A stretch of DNA of 64,000 bases from Rhodospirillaceae bacterium (lineage in GTDB: Bacteria > Pseudomonadota > Alphaproteobacteria > Rhodospirillales > Magnetospirillaceae). The stretch lies in NCBI GenBank assembly GCA_030151865.1, contig JASLCK010000007.1, positions 137 to 64,136 of the forward strand, written 5' to 3'. Numbering within the stretch: the first letter of the stretch is position 1; each line of letters starts with the position of its first letter. Made by a program: the position numbers and the translations under genes. The notes under the pieces were generated by a model. It was not told the DNA's origin. It did not search any database and saw nothing but the letters and a program-made list of their open reading frames with translations. This document shows positions 41,279 to 50,575 of this stretch, piece by piece.

Positions 41279-42297
41279 AGAAGTTTGCCGCCCGTCCTGC
41301 CGCATCCCGTCCCGCCGCGCAATCCTCGGCGGTGCGGTCCTCGACGGCGCGCGCGGCTGCGCAAGGGGCGGCACGGCGGGTTCAAGCTCCGGCGCTGTCG
41401 TTCCTCAACCGCCGTTCCGACCTGCCGCTGCGTGACGACGCCACCAGCCGGTTTTTGCCCTGGCTGGTTGCCCCCATGGTGTTTCTGTGCGCCGTGGCGT
41501 TGGCGGGCGCGTTCATTCTGCATGGCCTGATCGGCCGCTGGGACCGCGACGTTTCGGGCACATTGACGGTGGAAATCGCCGCAGCACCCGGCGATCTGTC
41601 GGAATCGGCCGAACAGACCCGGCTCAAGGTAGAAAGCGCGCTGGCGATTTTGCAAAAAACCCCCGGCGTCATTCAGGCCCATGCCTTGACCCAGGATCAG
41701 TTGGTGGCCCTGCTGGCCCCCTGGCTGGGCAACAGCGATCTGCTGGGCGAACTGCCGCTGCCCGCTTTGATCGACGTCACCATCGACCGCCAGCACAGCC
41801 CCGACTTGCCCGCTTTGTCGAAGCAATTGGAAGGCAGCATTCCGGGCGCGTCGCTGGATGATCACCGCGCCTGGCTGGCCCGCCTGATCGATCTGTCACG
41901 CGCCATCGAACTGTTGGCCGTCGCCATCGTCGTGCTGATCGGGGCGGTGACATCGGCCACGGTGATCTATGCCACCCGTACCGGCATGGCCGTGCACCGC
42001 GACGTGATCGAGGTTTTGCACCTGATCGGCGCGACCGATGATTATATCGCCCGCCAGTTTGCCCACCGCGCCTTTGTCCTGGGCTTAAAGGGCGGCATTC
42101 TGGGCTTGCTGGGCACCCTGATTCCGGTGGCCGCCATGGCTTTTGGCGCCCACCATATGGAAGGTGGATTTCTGGCCGACCTGTCCCTGCCGCTCAGCGG
42201 CTGGGGAACCATTGCCTGCCTGCCGCTGCTGGCCGCTATTCTGGCCATGCTGACGGCGCGTCTGACCGTGCATCGCGGTCTGTCGCGGATGCTGTGA
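41275..42297 (+). CDS. ftsX: Cell division permease-like protein FtsX
   Basis: 4-TM FtsX topology with large first periplasmic loop; ATGA overlap with ftsE. Confidence 0.85.
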   Translation: MKKFAARPAASRPAAQSSAVRSSTARAAAQGAARRVQAPALSFLNRRSDLPLRDDATSRFLPWLVAPMVFLCAVALAGAFILHGLIGRWDRDVSGTLTVEIAAAPGDLSESAEQTRLKVESALAILQKTPGVIQAHALTQDQLVALLAPWLGNSDLLGELPLPALIDVTIDRQHSPDLPALSKQLEGSIPGASLDDHRAWLARLIDLSRAIELLAVAIVVLIGAVTSATVIYATRTGMAVHRDVIEVLHLIGATDDYIARQFAHRAFVLGLKGGILGLLGTLIPVAAMAFGAHHMEGGFLADLSLPLSGWGTIACLPLLAAILAMLTARLTVHRGLSRML

Positions 42298-42309
42298 CGG
42301 CGGGCCGCG

Positions 42310-42924
42310 ATGCTTGCCCCCTTTCACTTTCTCACCCGTCTGCGCCTGGCCCTGCGGCTGCCGATCGCCCTGGCGGGGGCGTGGCTGGCCGGATTTGTCT
42401 GGTTTGCCGTCGATGTGCCGGAAAGGGTCGAAGACCCCGACACCCCCACCGACGCCATCGTGGTGTTGACCGGCGGCAGCGAACGGCTGGATACCGGCCT
42501 GTCGCTGCTGCGCCGTCATATGGGGCAAAAGCTGTTCGTTTCGGGGGTTTATCGCGGCGTCGATGTGGCCGAGCTGCTGCGCCTGACCCGCCAAAAGCCC
42601 GACGAAGTGGAATGCTGCATCATTTTGGGCCACACCGCCGACAATACCCTGGGCAACGCCGCCGAAACTGCTGCCTGGATGCGCGAACAAGGGTATAAGT
42701 CGCTGCGACTGGTGACGGCCAATTATCACATGCGGCGCAGCTTGACCGAATTTCGCTATGCCATGCCCGATGTGACGATTATCGCCCACCCGGTTTTTCC
42801 CTATAAGGTAAAGCAGCGCTGGTGGCTGTGGCCGGGCACCGCCCATCTGATCGCCACCGAATATGTCAAATACCTGGGGGCCAACCTGCGCCATCTGGGC
42901 GAAATGCTGGAGGATGTTCCGTGA
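42310..42924 (+). CDS. YdcF/ElyC-family (DUF218) protein
   Basis: N-terminal TM, DAIVVLTGGSERL...LFVSGV DUF218 motif. Confidence 0.8.
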   Translation: MLAPFHFLTRLRLALRLPIALAGAWLAGFVWFAVDVPERVEDPDTPTDAIVVLTGGSERLDTGLSLLRRHMGQKLFVSGVYRGVDVAELLRLTRQKPDEVECCIILGHTADNTLGNAAETAAWMREQGYKSLRLVTANYHMRRSLTEFRYAMPDVTIIAHPVFPYKVKQRWWLWPGTAHLIATEYVKYLGANLRHLGEMLEDVP

Positions 42925-43661
42925 CCGCAGTCCGTTCGCTGCTGTATCAACTGCTGTTCTTACCGTGGACGCTGGGGCTGGCCATCCTTTACCTGCCGCT
43001 GCTGCTGGGGCCGCGTCGGGTCATGCAGCGCGCCGCCGCCTTTTGGCTGACGGGGGCCTTGTGGCTGCAACGCACCATCCTGGGTCTGTCCTTTGAGGTG
43101 CGCGGGCAGGAACACCGTCCGGCAGGGGCCGCCCTGGTGGCCGCCAAACATCAGTCGGCCTGGGACACCATGATCTTTCACCGGCTGCTGAACGATCCGG
43201 CCTATATCCTGAAAAAGGAGCTGCTGTCCCTGCCCTTTATCGGCTGGTATCTGCAAAAAAGCGGTCAGGTGCCGATCGACCGCAAGGCCGGGATCAAGGC
43301 CCTGAAACTGATGGTGGACGGGGCCAAGCAGGCCGCTGAAGAAGGCCGGACTATCGTCATCTTCCCCGAAGGCCATCGCCAGCCGCCCGGTCAGGCGGGG
43401 GAATATCATTCCGGCGTCGCCGCCCTGTATAGCGGGCTTGATCTGCCGTTGGTGCCGGTGGCGTTGAATTCCGGCCTGTTCTGGGGCCGCAATGCCTTTT
43501 TGCGCCGCCCCGGCGTCATCACCTTGGAATTCCTGCCCGCCATCGCGCCCGGCATGAACCGCAAGCTGCTGATGGCGGAAGTGGAAAACCGCATCGAAAC
43601 CGCCACCCGCGCCCTGGAAGCGGAAGCCCTGGCACGGTTTCCCCAACTGCCGAAGATTTAA
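42921..43661 (+). CDS. plsC: 1-acyl-sn-glycerol-3-phosphate acyltransferase
   Basis: HQSAWD (H-x4-D) and FPEGHR acyltransferase motifs; GTG 42921 gives a GTGA overlap with the upstream stop. Confidence 0.85.
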   Translation: MTAVRSLLYQLLFLPWTLGLAILYLPLLLGPRRVMQRAAAFWLTGALWLQRTILGLSFEVRGQEHRPAGAALVAAKHQSAWDTMIFHRLLNDPAYILKKELLSLPFIGWYLQKSGQVPIDRKAGIKALKLMVDGAKQAAEEGRTIVIFPEGHRQPPGQAGEYHSGVAALYSGLDLPLVPVALNSGLFWGRNAFLRRPGVITLEFLPAIAPGMNRKLLMAEVENRIETATRALEAEALARFPQLPKI

Positions 43662-43672
43662 AAATTGCCCGG

Positions 43673-43698
43673 CAAGGGGCGGAGTGCCGCCCCTTGCG
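43673..43698. terminator. GC-rich hairpin after plsC (possible terminator, no clear U-tract)
   Basis: GCAAGGGGCGG-agtg-CCGCCCCTTGC, 11-bp perfect stem. Confidence 0.4.
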
Positions 43699-43754
43699 TC
43701 CCGACATAAAATAAGCGCCGATACCCTCCTTCAATCCCAACAAGGATTCCAGGC

Positions 43755-44828
43755 ATGACCGGCACGCCCCCATCCCCCACCGATCCCCGCTGGCTGGCGG
43801 TGCGCCAACGCGACGCCGCTCAGGATGGGCAGTTCGTCTTTGCCGTCGTCACCACCGGGATTTACTGTCGCCCGTCTTGTGCGTCGCGCCCCGCCAAGCC
43901 GGAGAATATCCGCTTTTTCGACACCCCCGCCGCCGCTGCCGCCGCAGGGTTTCGCCCCTGTCGGCGCTGCCGCCCCGATGCCCAGTCCCCGGACCAGGAC
44001 AATGCCCAACGCATGACGGCGCTGTGCCGTCTGTTGGATCAGGCCGACCCCATCCCCAGCTTGGCCGATTTGGCGGCGGGCGAAGGGATCAGTCCTCAGC
44101 ATCTGTTGCGCCGCTTCAAGGCCGCCGTGGGCATGACGCCCCTGGCCTATGCCCGTGCGGCAAGGGCGGAACGGCTGCGCGCCGCCTTGCAAGACCCAGC
44201 CCTCAACACCAGCGTCACCGACGCCTTTTATGATGCGGGGTTCGGCTCCAGCGGGCGCTTTTATGAACAGGCCGACCGCATGCTGGGAATGACACCAAGC
44301 CAATTCCGCAAGGGCGGACAGGGGGAAACCATCGCCTATGGCCTGGGCCAATGCTGGTTGGGCGACATTCTGGTCGCGGGCGGCAGCCGGGGCATTTGCG
44401 CCATCCTGTTGGGCGACGACCCTGCCGCCCTGACGGCCGATTTGCGAGCGCGCTTTCCCCAAGCACGCATTGAACCGGCGAGCGAAGATTTTCAAGATTG
44501 GATGGCCCAGGCCATCGCGTTGGTGGATGACCCGCAGACGGGCCGCGCCCTGCCGCTGGACATGCGGGGCACGATCTTTCAGCACCGGGTCTGGCAAGCT
44601 TTGCTGGACATCCCGCCCGGTCAGACCACCACTTACAGCGATCTTGCCCAGCGCATCGGCCAGCCCCGCGCCGTGCGCGCCGTGGCCTCGGCTATTGCGG
44701 CCAACCCCCTGGCGGTGGCGGTGCCCTGTCATCGGGTGCTGCGTCTCGACGGTCAATGGACCGGCTATCGCTGGGGCATCGAGCGCAAACGCGCTTTGCT
44801 GCGCCGGGAAGGGGTCAAGGTGGAGTAA
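43755..44828 (+). CDS. ada: Bifunctional Ada: methylphosphotriester-DNA methyltransferase/AraC-type activator + O6-methylguanine-DNA methyltransferase
   Basis: N-Ada Zn motif YCRPSCASRPAKPENIRFF...CRRC, AraC HTH, C-terminal VPCHRV active site. Confidence 0.9.
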   Translation: MTGTPPSPTDPRWLAVRQRDAAQDGQFVFAVVTTGIYCRPSCASRPAKPENIRFFDTPAAAAAAGFRPCRRCRPDAQSPDQDNAQRMTALCRLLDQADPIPSLADLAAGEGISPQHLLRRFKAAVGMTPLAYARAARAERLRAALQDPALNTSVTDAFYDAGFGSSGRFYEQADRMLGMTPSQFRKGGQGETIAYGLGQCWLGDILVAGGSRGICAILLGDDPAALTADLRARFPQARIEPASEDFQDWMAQAIALVDDPQTGRALPLDMRGTIFQHRVWQALLDIPPGQTTTYSDLAQRIGQPRAVRAVASAIAANPLAVAVPCHRVLRLDGQWTGYRWGIERKRALLRREGVKVE

Positions 44829-44837
44829 ACTGCCCCG

Positions 44838-45500
44838 ATGACTGGCGATCTGTTCGATCTGGACCCACGGCTTTTACCGCCCCGCCCCGACCGGGTGCCC
44901 CTGGGGCCGGGGGCGTTTTTGTTTCCCGGTCTGGCCCTGCCGATGGTGGAGCGCTTTTTAAGCGGGATTGAGGACATCTCGGCCCAAGCCCCGTTCCGCC
45001 ATATGAGCACACCGGGCGGCAAGCCAATGTCGGTGGCCATGACCAGTTGCGGCCCGCTGGGCTGGGTCAGCGACCGACGCGGCTATCGCTATCAATCCAA
45101 CGACCCAGCCAGCGGCAAACCCTGGCCGCCGATGCCGCTGGATTGGCTGGACTTTGCCAGCCGGGCGGCGGCGCTGGCGGGGTTTTCCGGCTTTACCCCG
45201 CAAGCCTGCCTGATCAACCGCTATGATCCGGGTGCAAGATTGTCGCTGCACCAGGACCGCGACGAGCACAATCTGGCCCAGCCCATCGTTTCGGTTTCAC
45301 TGGGCCTGCCCGCCATCTTCACCTTTGGCGGGCCGGAGCGGTCGGACAAAACCGTCCGCCATGCCCTGTCCCACGGTGACGTGGTGGTGTGGGGTGGGCC
45401 ATCGCGGCTTTATCACCACGCGGTGTTGCCGATCACCGAAGGCTTTCACCCAATGGTGGGGCGCTGCCGCCTGAATCTGACGTTCCGGCGTGTGGATTAA
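44838..45500 (+). CDS. alkB: Alpha-ketoglutarate/Fe(II)-dependent DNA dioxygenase AlkB
   Basis: LINRYDPGARLSLHQDRDE (HxD), HHAV, RLNLTFR motifs; downstream of ada. Confidence 0.9.
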   Translation: MTGDLFDLDPRLLPPRPDRVPLGPGAFLFPGLALPMVERFLSGIEDISAQAPFRHMSTPGGKPMSVAMTSCGPLGWVSDRRGYRYQSNDPASGKPWPPMPLDWLDFASRAAALAGFSGFTPQACLINRYDPGARLSLHQDRDEHNLAQPIVSVSLGLPAIFTFGGPERSDKTVRHALSHGDVVVWGGPSRLYHHAVLPITEGFHPMVGRCRLNLTFRRVD

Positions 45501-45743
45501 ATTTTATCTCTGTGGAAAACTTTGTGCACAAGGACGGAAAACCGCCATTTTTACCCCTGCGGGGAAGACGGGGATAACTTCGTTTCATGCCTTGTTTCAA
45601 GGACTTGCCCGATGGCATGGATGTGGAGACATGGCTGGGACGCAAACCTTGACCCCGACGGCCCCACCTACTAGATTGCGTGGAAAGGGGCCCTTCGAGG
45701 CCCCATATCTTCTTCCATACAGCTTATTCTCGGAGCGCATTCG

Positions 45744-48128
45744 ATGACGCAGGTGGCCCCCATTTCGCAACAGATTTGGGACATGAAATACCGGCTGAAG
45801 ACGCCGGACGGCGGGATTGTGGATAAAACCGTCGAAGACACCTGGGAGCGCATCGCCAAAGCCCTGGCGCAGGCCGAAGACCCCAAGGTTCGCGCCCGCC
45901 ATCAGGGCGTCTTCAAGGACGCTTTGCAGGACTTCCAGTTCCTGCCCGCCGGGCGCATCGTCTCGGGCGCGGGAACGGCGCGCAAGGTCACGCTGTTCAA
46001 TTGCTTCGTCATGGGCGACATCCCCGACGATATGAGCGGCATCTTCGAACATCTGAAGGAAGCCACCGTCACCATGCAGCAGGGCGGCGGCATCGGTTAT
46101 GACTTCTCGACCCTGCGTCCCAAGGGTGCGCCGGTCAAGGGCGTGGGGGCAGATGCGTCCGGCCCGCTGTCCTTCATGGATGTCTGGGACGCCATGTGCC
46201 GCACCATCATGAGCGCTGGCGCCCGGCGCGGCGCGATGATGGCCACCATGCGCTGCGACCATCCCGACATCGAAGCCTTTATCGACGCCAAGCGCACCGC
46301 CGGCCGGTTGCGCATGTTCAATCTGTCGGTGCTGGTGACCGATCCCTTCATGGAAGCGGTCAAGAAGGACGAAGCGTGGGAACTGAAGTTCAACGGCACG
46401 GTCTTTAGGAGCCTGCCCGCGCGCGAATTGTGGAACAAGATCATGCAGGCAACCTATGCCTATGCCGAACCGGGCGTGATCTTCATCGACCGCATCAACC
46501 GCCTGAACAACCTCTATTACACCGAGACCATCCACGCCACCAACCCGTGCGGCGAACAGCCCCTGCCGCCCTATGGCGTCTGCCTGCTGGGTTCGGTCAA
46601 TCTGGCGCGTCTGGTGGACAATCCCTTCGAGGAAACCGCCGCGCTGAACGAGGAAAAGCTGGCGCATCTGGTGCGGACCGCCGTGCGCATGATGGACAAC
46701 GTCATCGACGTTTCCAACTTCCCGTTGCCGCAGCATCGCCGCGAAGCCGAAAGCAAGCGCCGCATCGGCCTGGGCATCACCGGTCTGGCCGACGCCCTGA
46801 TCATGTGCCGCGCCCGTTACGGGGCCAAGGAAGCGGTGCGTCTGACCGACCGCTGGATGCGCCTGTTGCGCCGCGAAGCCTATCTGGCCTCGACCGAACT
46901 GGCCGCGGAAAAGGGCTCGTTCCCGCTTTATGACGCCGAAAAATATCTGGCGGGCGAAAACATCCGCGACCTGGAACAAGACGTTCAGGACGCCATCCGC
47001 AAGCACGGCATCCGCAACGCCCTGCTGACCTCGATCGCGCCGACCGGCACCATTTCGCTCTATGCCGACAATGTGTCTTCGGGGCTGGAACCGGTGTTCA
47101 GCTTCAGCTACACCCGCGCCGTCCTGATGCCCGACGGCACCCGCAAGGAAGAAGAAGTCAGCGATTACGCGGTGCGTCTGTTCCGCCGCCTGAAGGGTGA
47201 AAACACCCCGCTGCCCGCTTACTTCGTCGATGCCCAGACCCTGGCCCCGGCGGACCATGTGGCCATGCAGGCGGTGGTGCAGAAATATATCGACAGCTCG
47301 ATTTCCAAGACCATCAACGTCCCGGAAAGCATCGCGTTCGAAGACTTCAAGAACGTCTACATGCAGGCCTATGACCAGGGCTGCAAGGGCTGCACCACCT
47401 ATCGCCCCAACGACATCACCGGGTCCGTCCTGGAAGTCAAAAAGGACGACAAGCCCAAGGCCGACGCCAAGAAGGACGAAGCCCAGGCCGAGCTGCCGCT
47501 GGAACCGGGCCGCGTTCTGCCGTCGGACCAGTACGATGCGGGTGTCGTGCATCTGACCCAGCCGCTGAACCGGCCGGAAGAACTGCCGGGCAACACCTAT
47601 AAGGTCCGTTGGCCCGACAGCGACCACGCCATGTACATCACCATCAACGATGTCCTGCAAGACGGTCGCCGCCGTCCGTTCGAAGTGTTCATCAATTCCA
47701 AGAACATGGACCACTTCGCCTGGACCGTGGCGCTGACCCGCATGATCTCGGCAGTGTTCCGCCGTGGCGGCGACGTCGCCTTTGTGGTCGAGGAACTGAA
47801 GGCCGTCTTTGATCCGCGCGGCGGGCAATGGATGGGCGGCAAATATGTGCCGTCGCTGCTGGCCGCCATCGGCGACGTCATCGAACGCCACATGGTCAGC
47901 ATCGGCTTCCTGGAAGACCCCAACGCCGAACGCGAGGAAATGCTGGCCGCGCAAAAGTTGGCCAAGGCCGAAGCCGCCGAGGTCAAGGCCGCCGCCATCA
48001 GCTTTACCCCGGTCAAGACCGGCACGTCGTCGATGCTGCGCAGTTGCCCGCAATGCCACCAGCCCACCCTGATGCGTCAGGAAGGCTGCGACAGTTGCAC
48101 CAGCTGCGGCTATTCCAAGTGCGGCTGA
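45744..48128 (+). CDS. nrdJ: Adenosylcobalamin-dependent ribonucleotide reductase (class II)
   Basis: NPCGEQPLPPYGVCLLGS active-site loop, TSIAPTGTIS, SKTINVP, C-terminal CPQC...CDSCTSCG zinc ribbon; 794 aa. Confidence 0.9.
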   Translation: MTQVAPISQQIWDMKYRLKTPDGGIVDKTVEDTWERIAKALAQAEDPKVRARHQGVFKDALQDFQFLPAGRIVSGAGTARKVTLFNCFVMGDIPDDMSGIFEHLKEATVTMQQGGGIGYDFSTLRPKGAPVKGVGADASGPLSFMDVWDAMCRTIMSAGARRGAMMATMRCDHPDIEAFIDAKRTAGRLRMFNLSVLVTDPFMEAVKKDEAWELKFNGTVFRSLPARELWNKIMQATYAYAEPGVIFIDRINRLNNLYYTETIHATNPCGEQPLPPYGVCLLGSVNLARLVDNPFEETAALNEEKLAHLVRTAVRMMDNVIDVSNFPLPQHRREAESKRRIGLGITGLADALIMCRARYGAKEAVRLTDRWMRLLRREAYLASTELAAEKGSFPLYDAEKYLAGENIRDLEQDVQDAIRKHGIRNALLTSIAPTGTISLYADNVSSGLEPVFSFSYTRAVLMPDGTRKEEEVSDYAVRLFRRLKGENTPLPAYFVDAQTLAPADHVAMQAVVQKYIDSSISKTINVPESIAFEDFKNVYMQAYDQGCKGCTTYRPNDITGSVLEVKKDDKPKADAKKDEAQAELPLEPGRVLPSDQYDAGVVHLTQPLNRPEELPGNTYKVRWPDSDHAMYITINDVLQDGRRRPFEVFINSKNMDHFAWTVALTRMISAVFRRGGDVAFVVEELKAVFDPRGGQWMGGKYVPSLLAAIGDVIERHMVSIGFLEDPNAEREEMLAAQKLAKAEAAEVKAAAISFTPVKTGTSSMLRSCPQCHQPTLMRQEGCDSCTSCGYSKCG

Positions 48129-48173
48129 TCGTCAGCCGACCTGCCGATCCCCGATAAAGGGTGTCGGTTTGCA

Positions 48174-48231
48174 CATAAGCTGAGAATTGCACCTCGTAAA
48201 CCGAGAATTAACACCCCATAAAACGAGAACT
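48174..48231 (+). repeat. Three phased ~15-nt direct repeats
   Basis: CATAAGCTGAGAATT / CGTAAACCGAGAATT / CATAAAACGAGAACT starting at 48174, 48195, 48217 (21- and 22-bp spacing). Confidence 0.6.
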
Positions 48232-48241
48232 TTGCGTGACA

Positions 48242-48267
48242 CGAAAGGGGCCGAATGGCCCCTTTCG
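48242..48267. terminator. Strong hairpin downstream of nrdJ (no U-tract)
   Basis: CGAAAGGGGCC-gaat-GGCCCCTTTCG, 11-bp perfect stem. Confidence 0.45.
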
Positions 48268-48542
48268 GATTCCTAGCATGATCAAATCTACCACTAAGGC
48301 TGAGGTACGCTTTTGGTCTGCACAAAATCTTCCAAAGTCTCAGCTACAACTGGGTCAGAATAAAAATGTTCCTATAAAACCCGCAACCTTCCACGATGGC
48401 ACGCTTATTGGGTTGCCCACCAACCATCCACAACAACAAAATATCCTGACGTCTGATCTCCAGAAGAGGATGTTTCCGTTGTAGGATAGATTCGATATGT
48501 TGAGGTCAGTTGCCCAGCGATTTGTCGCAGATAAATAAGTGA

Positions 48543-48761
48543 GCGCGGCGTGGAGCTGATTATCAAGAGAAAGCGGCAGAGCTTTTGCGTCAGATGGGCT
48601 TCGACACCACTGTCGCGAGAATTCTCGAAGGTGCGCGCGGGAAGCATGAAGTCGATATAGTTGCGCGGACCACCTTAGGCAACGAGGCCACAATACAGAT
48701 CATAGCGTGCAAGCACCGGAAGTCGAGCACAACCATGCATACACCAATTGACCTTCTATGA
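48543..48761 (+). pseudogene. Remnant of a PD-(D/E)xK (Mrr-cat-like) restriction-endonuclease-fold gene
   Basis: Stop-to-stop frame reads ARRGADYQEKAAELLRQMGFDTTVARILEGARGKHEVDIVARTTLGNEATIQIIACKHRKSS... It resembles the G-x-x-(F/Y)E...LL..(L/M)G(F/Y)...G..G..E(I/V)D(I/V)VA...(E/Q)xK nuclease core, but has no usable start and ends ~20 codons after the K. Confidence 0.35.
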
Positions 48762-48789
48762 TATGGTCTTCTTAGAAGATAGGGGGAAT

Positions 48790-50136
48790 ATGGTCATGGT
48801 TTGGCTTGAGCGGCGGTCCGGATGGCAGAAAAAAGCCCAGGACGCTCGTACACCTGGTGATGTCGATTACGGTCGCGTGATCCATTCCGCTTCGTTCAGA
48901 AGACTGCAAGGCAAGACCCAGATCCTCAATCTGGGTGATAGCGATTTCTATCGCACAAGGCTGACACACTCCCTCGAGGTTGCCCAAATTGCAGCGGGCC
49001 TCAGCTCTCAATTGGGTCACAACTTCCCCGATCACGAAGCAACCAATTACATTCCGGACCGCAGCATGATGCAGGCCATTGCTTGCACACATGACCTTGG
49101 CCATCCGCCGTTTGGTCACGGTGGGGAAGTGGCACTGAATTACTGCATGCGGGAAAATGGTGGCTTCGAAGGAAATGGGCAGACTCTTCGCATTCTCTCA
49201 AGATTGGAGAAGTTCTCCGAAGCCAATGGAGCAGATCTTTCCCGCGAGGCATTGCTTGGCGTTTTGAAATACCCTGTGGCCTATGGCGTCGCTGTAAATC
49301 CAAAAATCGTTCCGAGAATGCTTGCGGACACTAGTGGCACCCCGCTGCTCGACCGTAAGTCCTCCAAGCCGCCCAAATGCTACATGGATAGCGAGGCGGA
49401 TGTTGTCTCTTGGTTGCTTGAGCCGCTTTCTGAAAATGACCGAGCTCTCTTTCAGGCTATTGACCCAGAGCTGGGCAAGCACGCGAAGGCGCGGCATAAG
49501 TCATTCGCTTGCAGCATCATGGACCTCGCCGACGATATAAGTTTCGGCATCCATGACATGGAGGATGCACTGGCCTTGCGGTTAGTAGACGAAGACGGCT
49601 TTCGCCGACACGTAACTCCGAAGAATTGTGAAGGATTGCTCGACTATCTCAACTCGAACTATCCTGGCCAATATGGAAACGACGTCTATGAAGGCCTCAG
49701 AGGGCGACTTTTTGCTGGAGGCTCCGAGCGAAAGCACCAGATCAATCGAATCCTGAATTTTGTTATACCGAGCGTAGAGATTGCGAAGCTTGATGAATTT
49801 GAGGAACCGCGCCTTCGCTATCGCGCTCAGCTCCCTGAGCCAGTCACCCGCTTTGTCAAAGCAGTAAGGGACTTCATTCGTGAAGAGGTCATACTAAATC
49901 CGAGCGTCCAGCATCTAGAATTCAAGGGTCAGATGATGGTCATTTCGGTGTTTGAGGTTTTGAGGTCTGATCCAAAAAGTTTCCTGCCACCCGATATTTT
50001 CGCCAAATATGAGCGTAGCTCCGACCCACAGCGCGATATCTGCGACTATGTTGCGGGAATGACAGACACCTATCTATTGAAAACATATGAGCGCCTTTTT
50101 GCACAAAGGATTGGCTCCGTCTTCGATAAGCTCTAG
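48790..50136 (+). CDS. dGTPase-family (deoxyguanosinetriphosphate triphosphohydrolase-like) HD-domain protein
   Basis: YGRVIHSASFRRLQGKTQI, FYRTRLTHSLEVAQIA, THDLGHPPFGHGGE, DLADDISFGIHDMEDA, CDYVAGMTDTYLLKTYERL; start at ATG 48790 or 48796 (GGGGGA upstream); G+C roughly 50% on hand-sampled lines versus mid-60s in nrdJ. Confidence 0.85.
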   Translation: MVMVWLERRSGWQKKAQDARTPGDVDYGRVIHSASFRRLQGKTQILNLGDSDFYRTRLTHSLEVAQIAAGLSSQLGHNFPDHEATNYIPDRSMMQAIACTHDLGHPPFGHGGEVALNYCMRENGGFEGNGQTLRILSRLEKFSEANGADLSREALLGVLKYPVAYGVAVNPKIVPRMLADTSGTPLLDRKSSKPPKCYMDSEADVVSWLLEPLSENDRALFQAIDPELGKHAKARHKSFACSIMDLADDISFGIHDMEDALALRLVDEDGFRRHVTPKNCEGLLDYLNSNYPGQYGNDVYEGLRGRLFAGGSERKHQINRILNFVIPSVEIAKLDEFEEPRLRYRAQLPEPVTRFVKAVRDFIREEVILNPSVQHLEFKGQMMVISVFEVLRSDPKSFLPPDIFAKYERSSDPQRDICDYVAGMTDTYLLKTYERLFAQRIGSVFDKL

Positions 50137-50496
50137 CTGAAAGCCCGCCTTCGGGCCGTGGGGCGTCTTGTTCGGTTTTGCCTCTCAAGCGCCAAACGGA
50201 GCCCGTCGGCTGTCGGCCCCATGGGACTACCTCGCGCCTTTTTGGGCCGTCTAGGCACCTCGGGCGCGGCCTGTGAAGCGGACTTGCCCAACCATCAGGA
50301 AAGGCGAGAAAGGGTGGATTTCAATCCATCCTCTGGTGAGCGCTCTAGAGAAGAAATTCTCATCTTTCATGCAACCTTTCACGGGAATTCTCATTTAATG
50401 CGGGGCGGTGAGCGATGGATGGCAATGAAGCTGGAGCGGCGATTCTCGTCTTATGCTAAAATCGAGAAAAAGGACAAACGACAAGCCAAGACGGTA

Positions 50497-50531
50497 CCCC
50501 TTCCATCGCCTGATGGAAGGGGTGTTTTTTT
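50497..50531 (+). terminator. Canonical rho-independent terminator ~360 nt downstream of the dGTPase-like gene
   Basis: CCCCTTCCATC-gcct-GATGGAAGGGG followed by TGTTTTTTT. Confidence 0.8.
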
Positions 50532-50575
50532 GCGTTCTGCTCCCCTTGAACAGATTTCCTTGACGCCCATATAAC

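Noticed and set aside
45597-48059. 820-aa ORF on the - strand
   Set aside because: Antisense to nrdJ, whose active-site motifs are clear on the + strand. Biased G/A/R/H/D/Q composition.
48236-48693. 82-aa (+), 112-aa (-) and 80-aa (-) ORFs in the islet
   Set aside because: Mutually overlapping, with no RBS and no motif apart from a vague RFWS string. They lie in sequence that looks like decayed remnants, so there is not enough to call a gene.
50311-50345. tRNA-like T-arm string GGTGGATTTCAATCCATCC, considered as a tRNA/tmRNA fragment marking an att site
   Set aside because: The loop length is wrong (6 nt), there is no acceptor stem or CCA context on either strand, and I could not fold the rest of a cloverleaf. 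It remains checkable with tRNAscan-SE/ARAGORN.
50158-50574. 138-aa ORF after the dGTPase-like gene
   Set aside because: Arg/Gly/Ser-rich, with no RBS, and it reads through a canonical intrinsic terminator at 50497-50531. Treated as non-coding and reported as an unexplained region instead.
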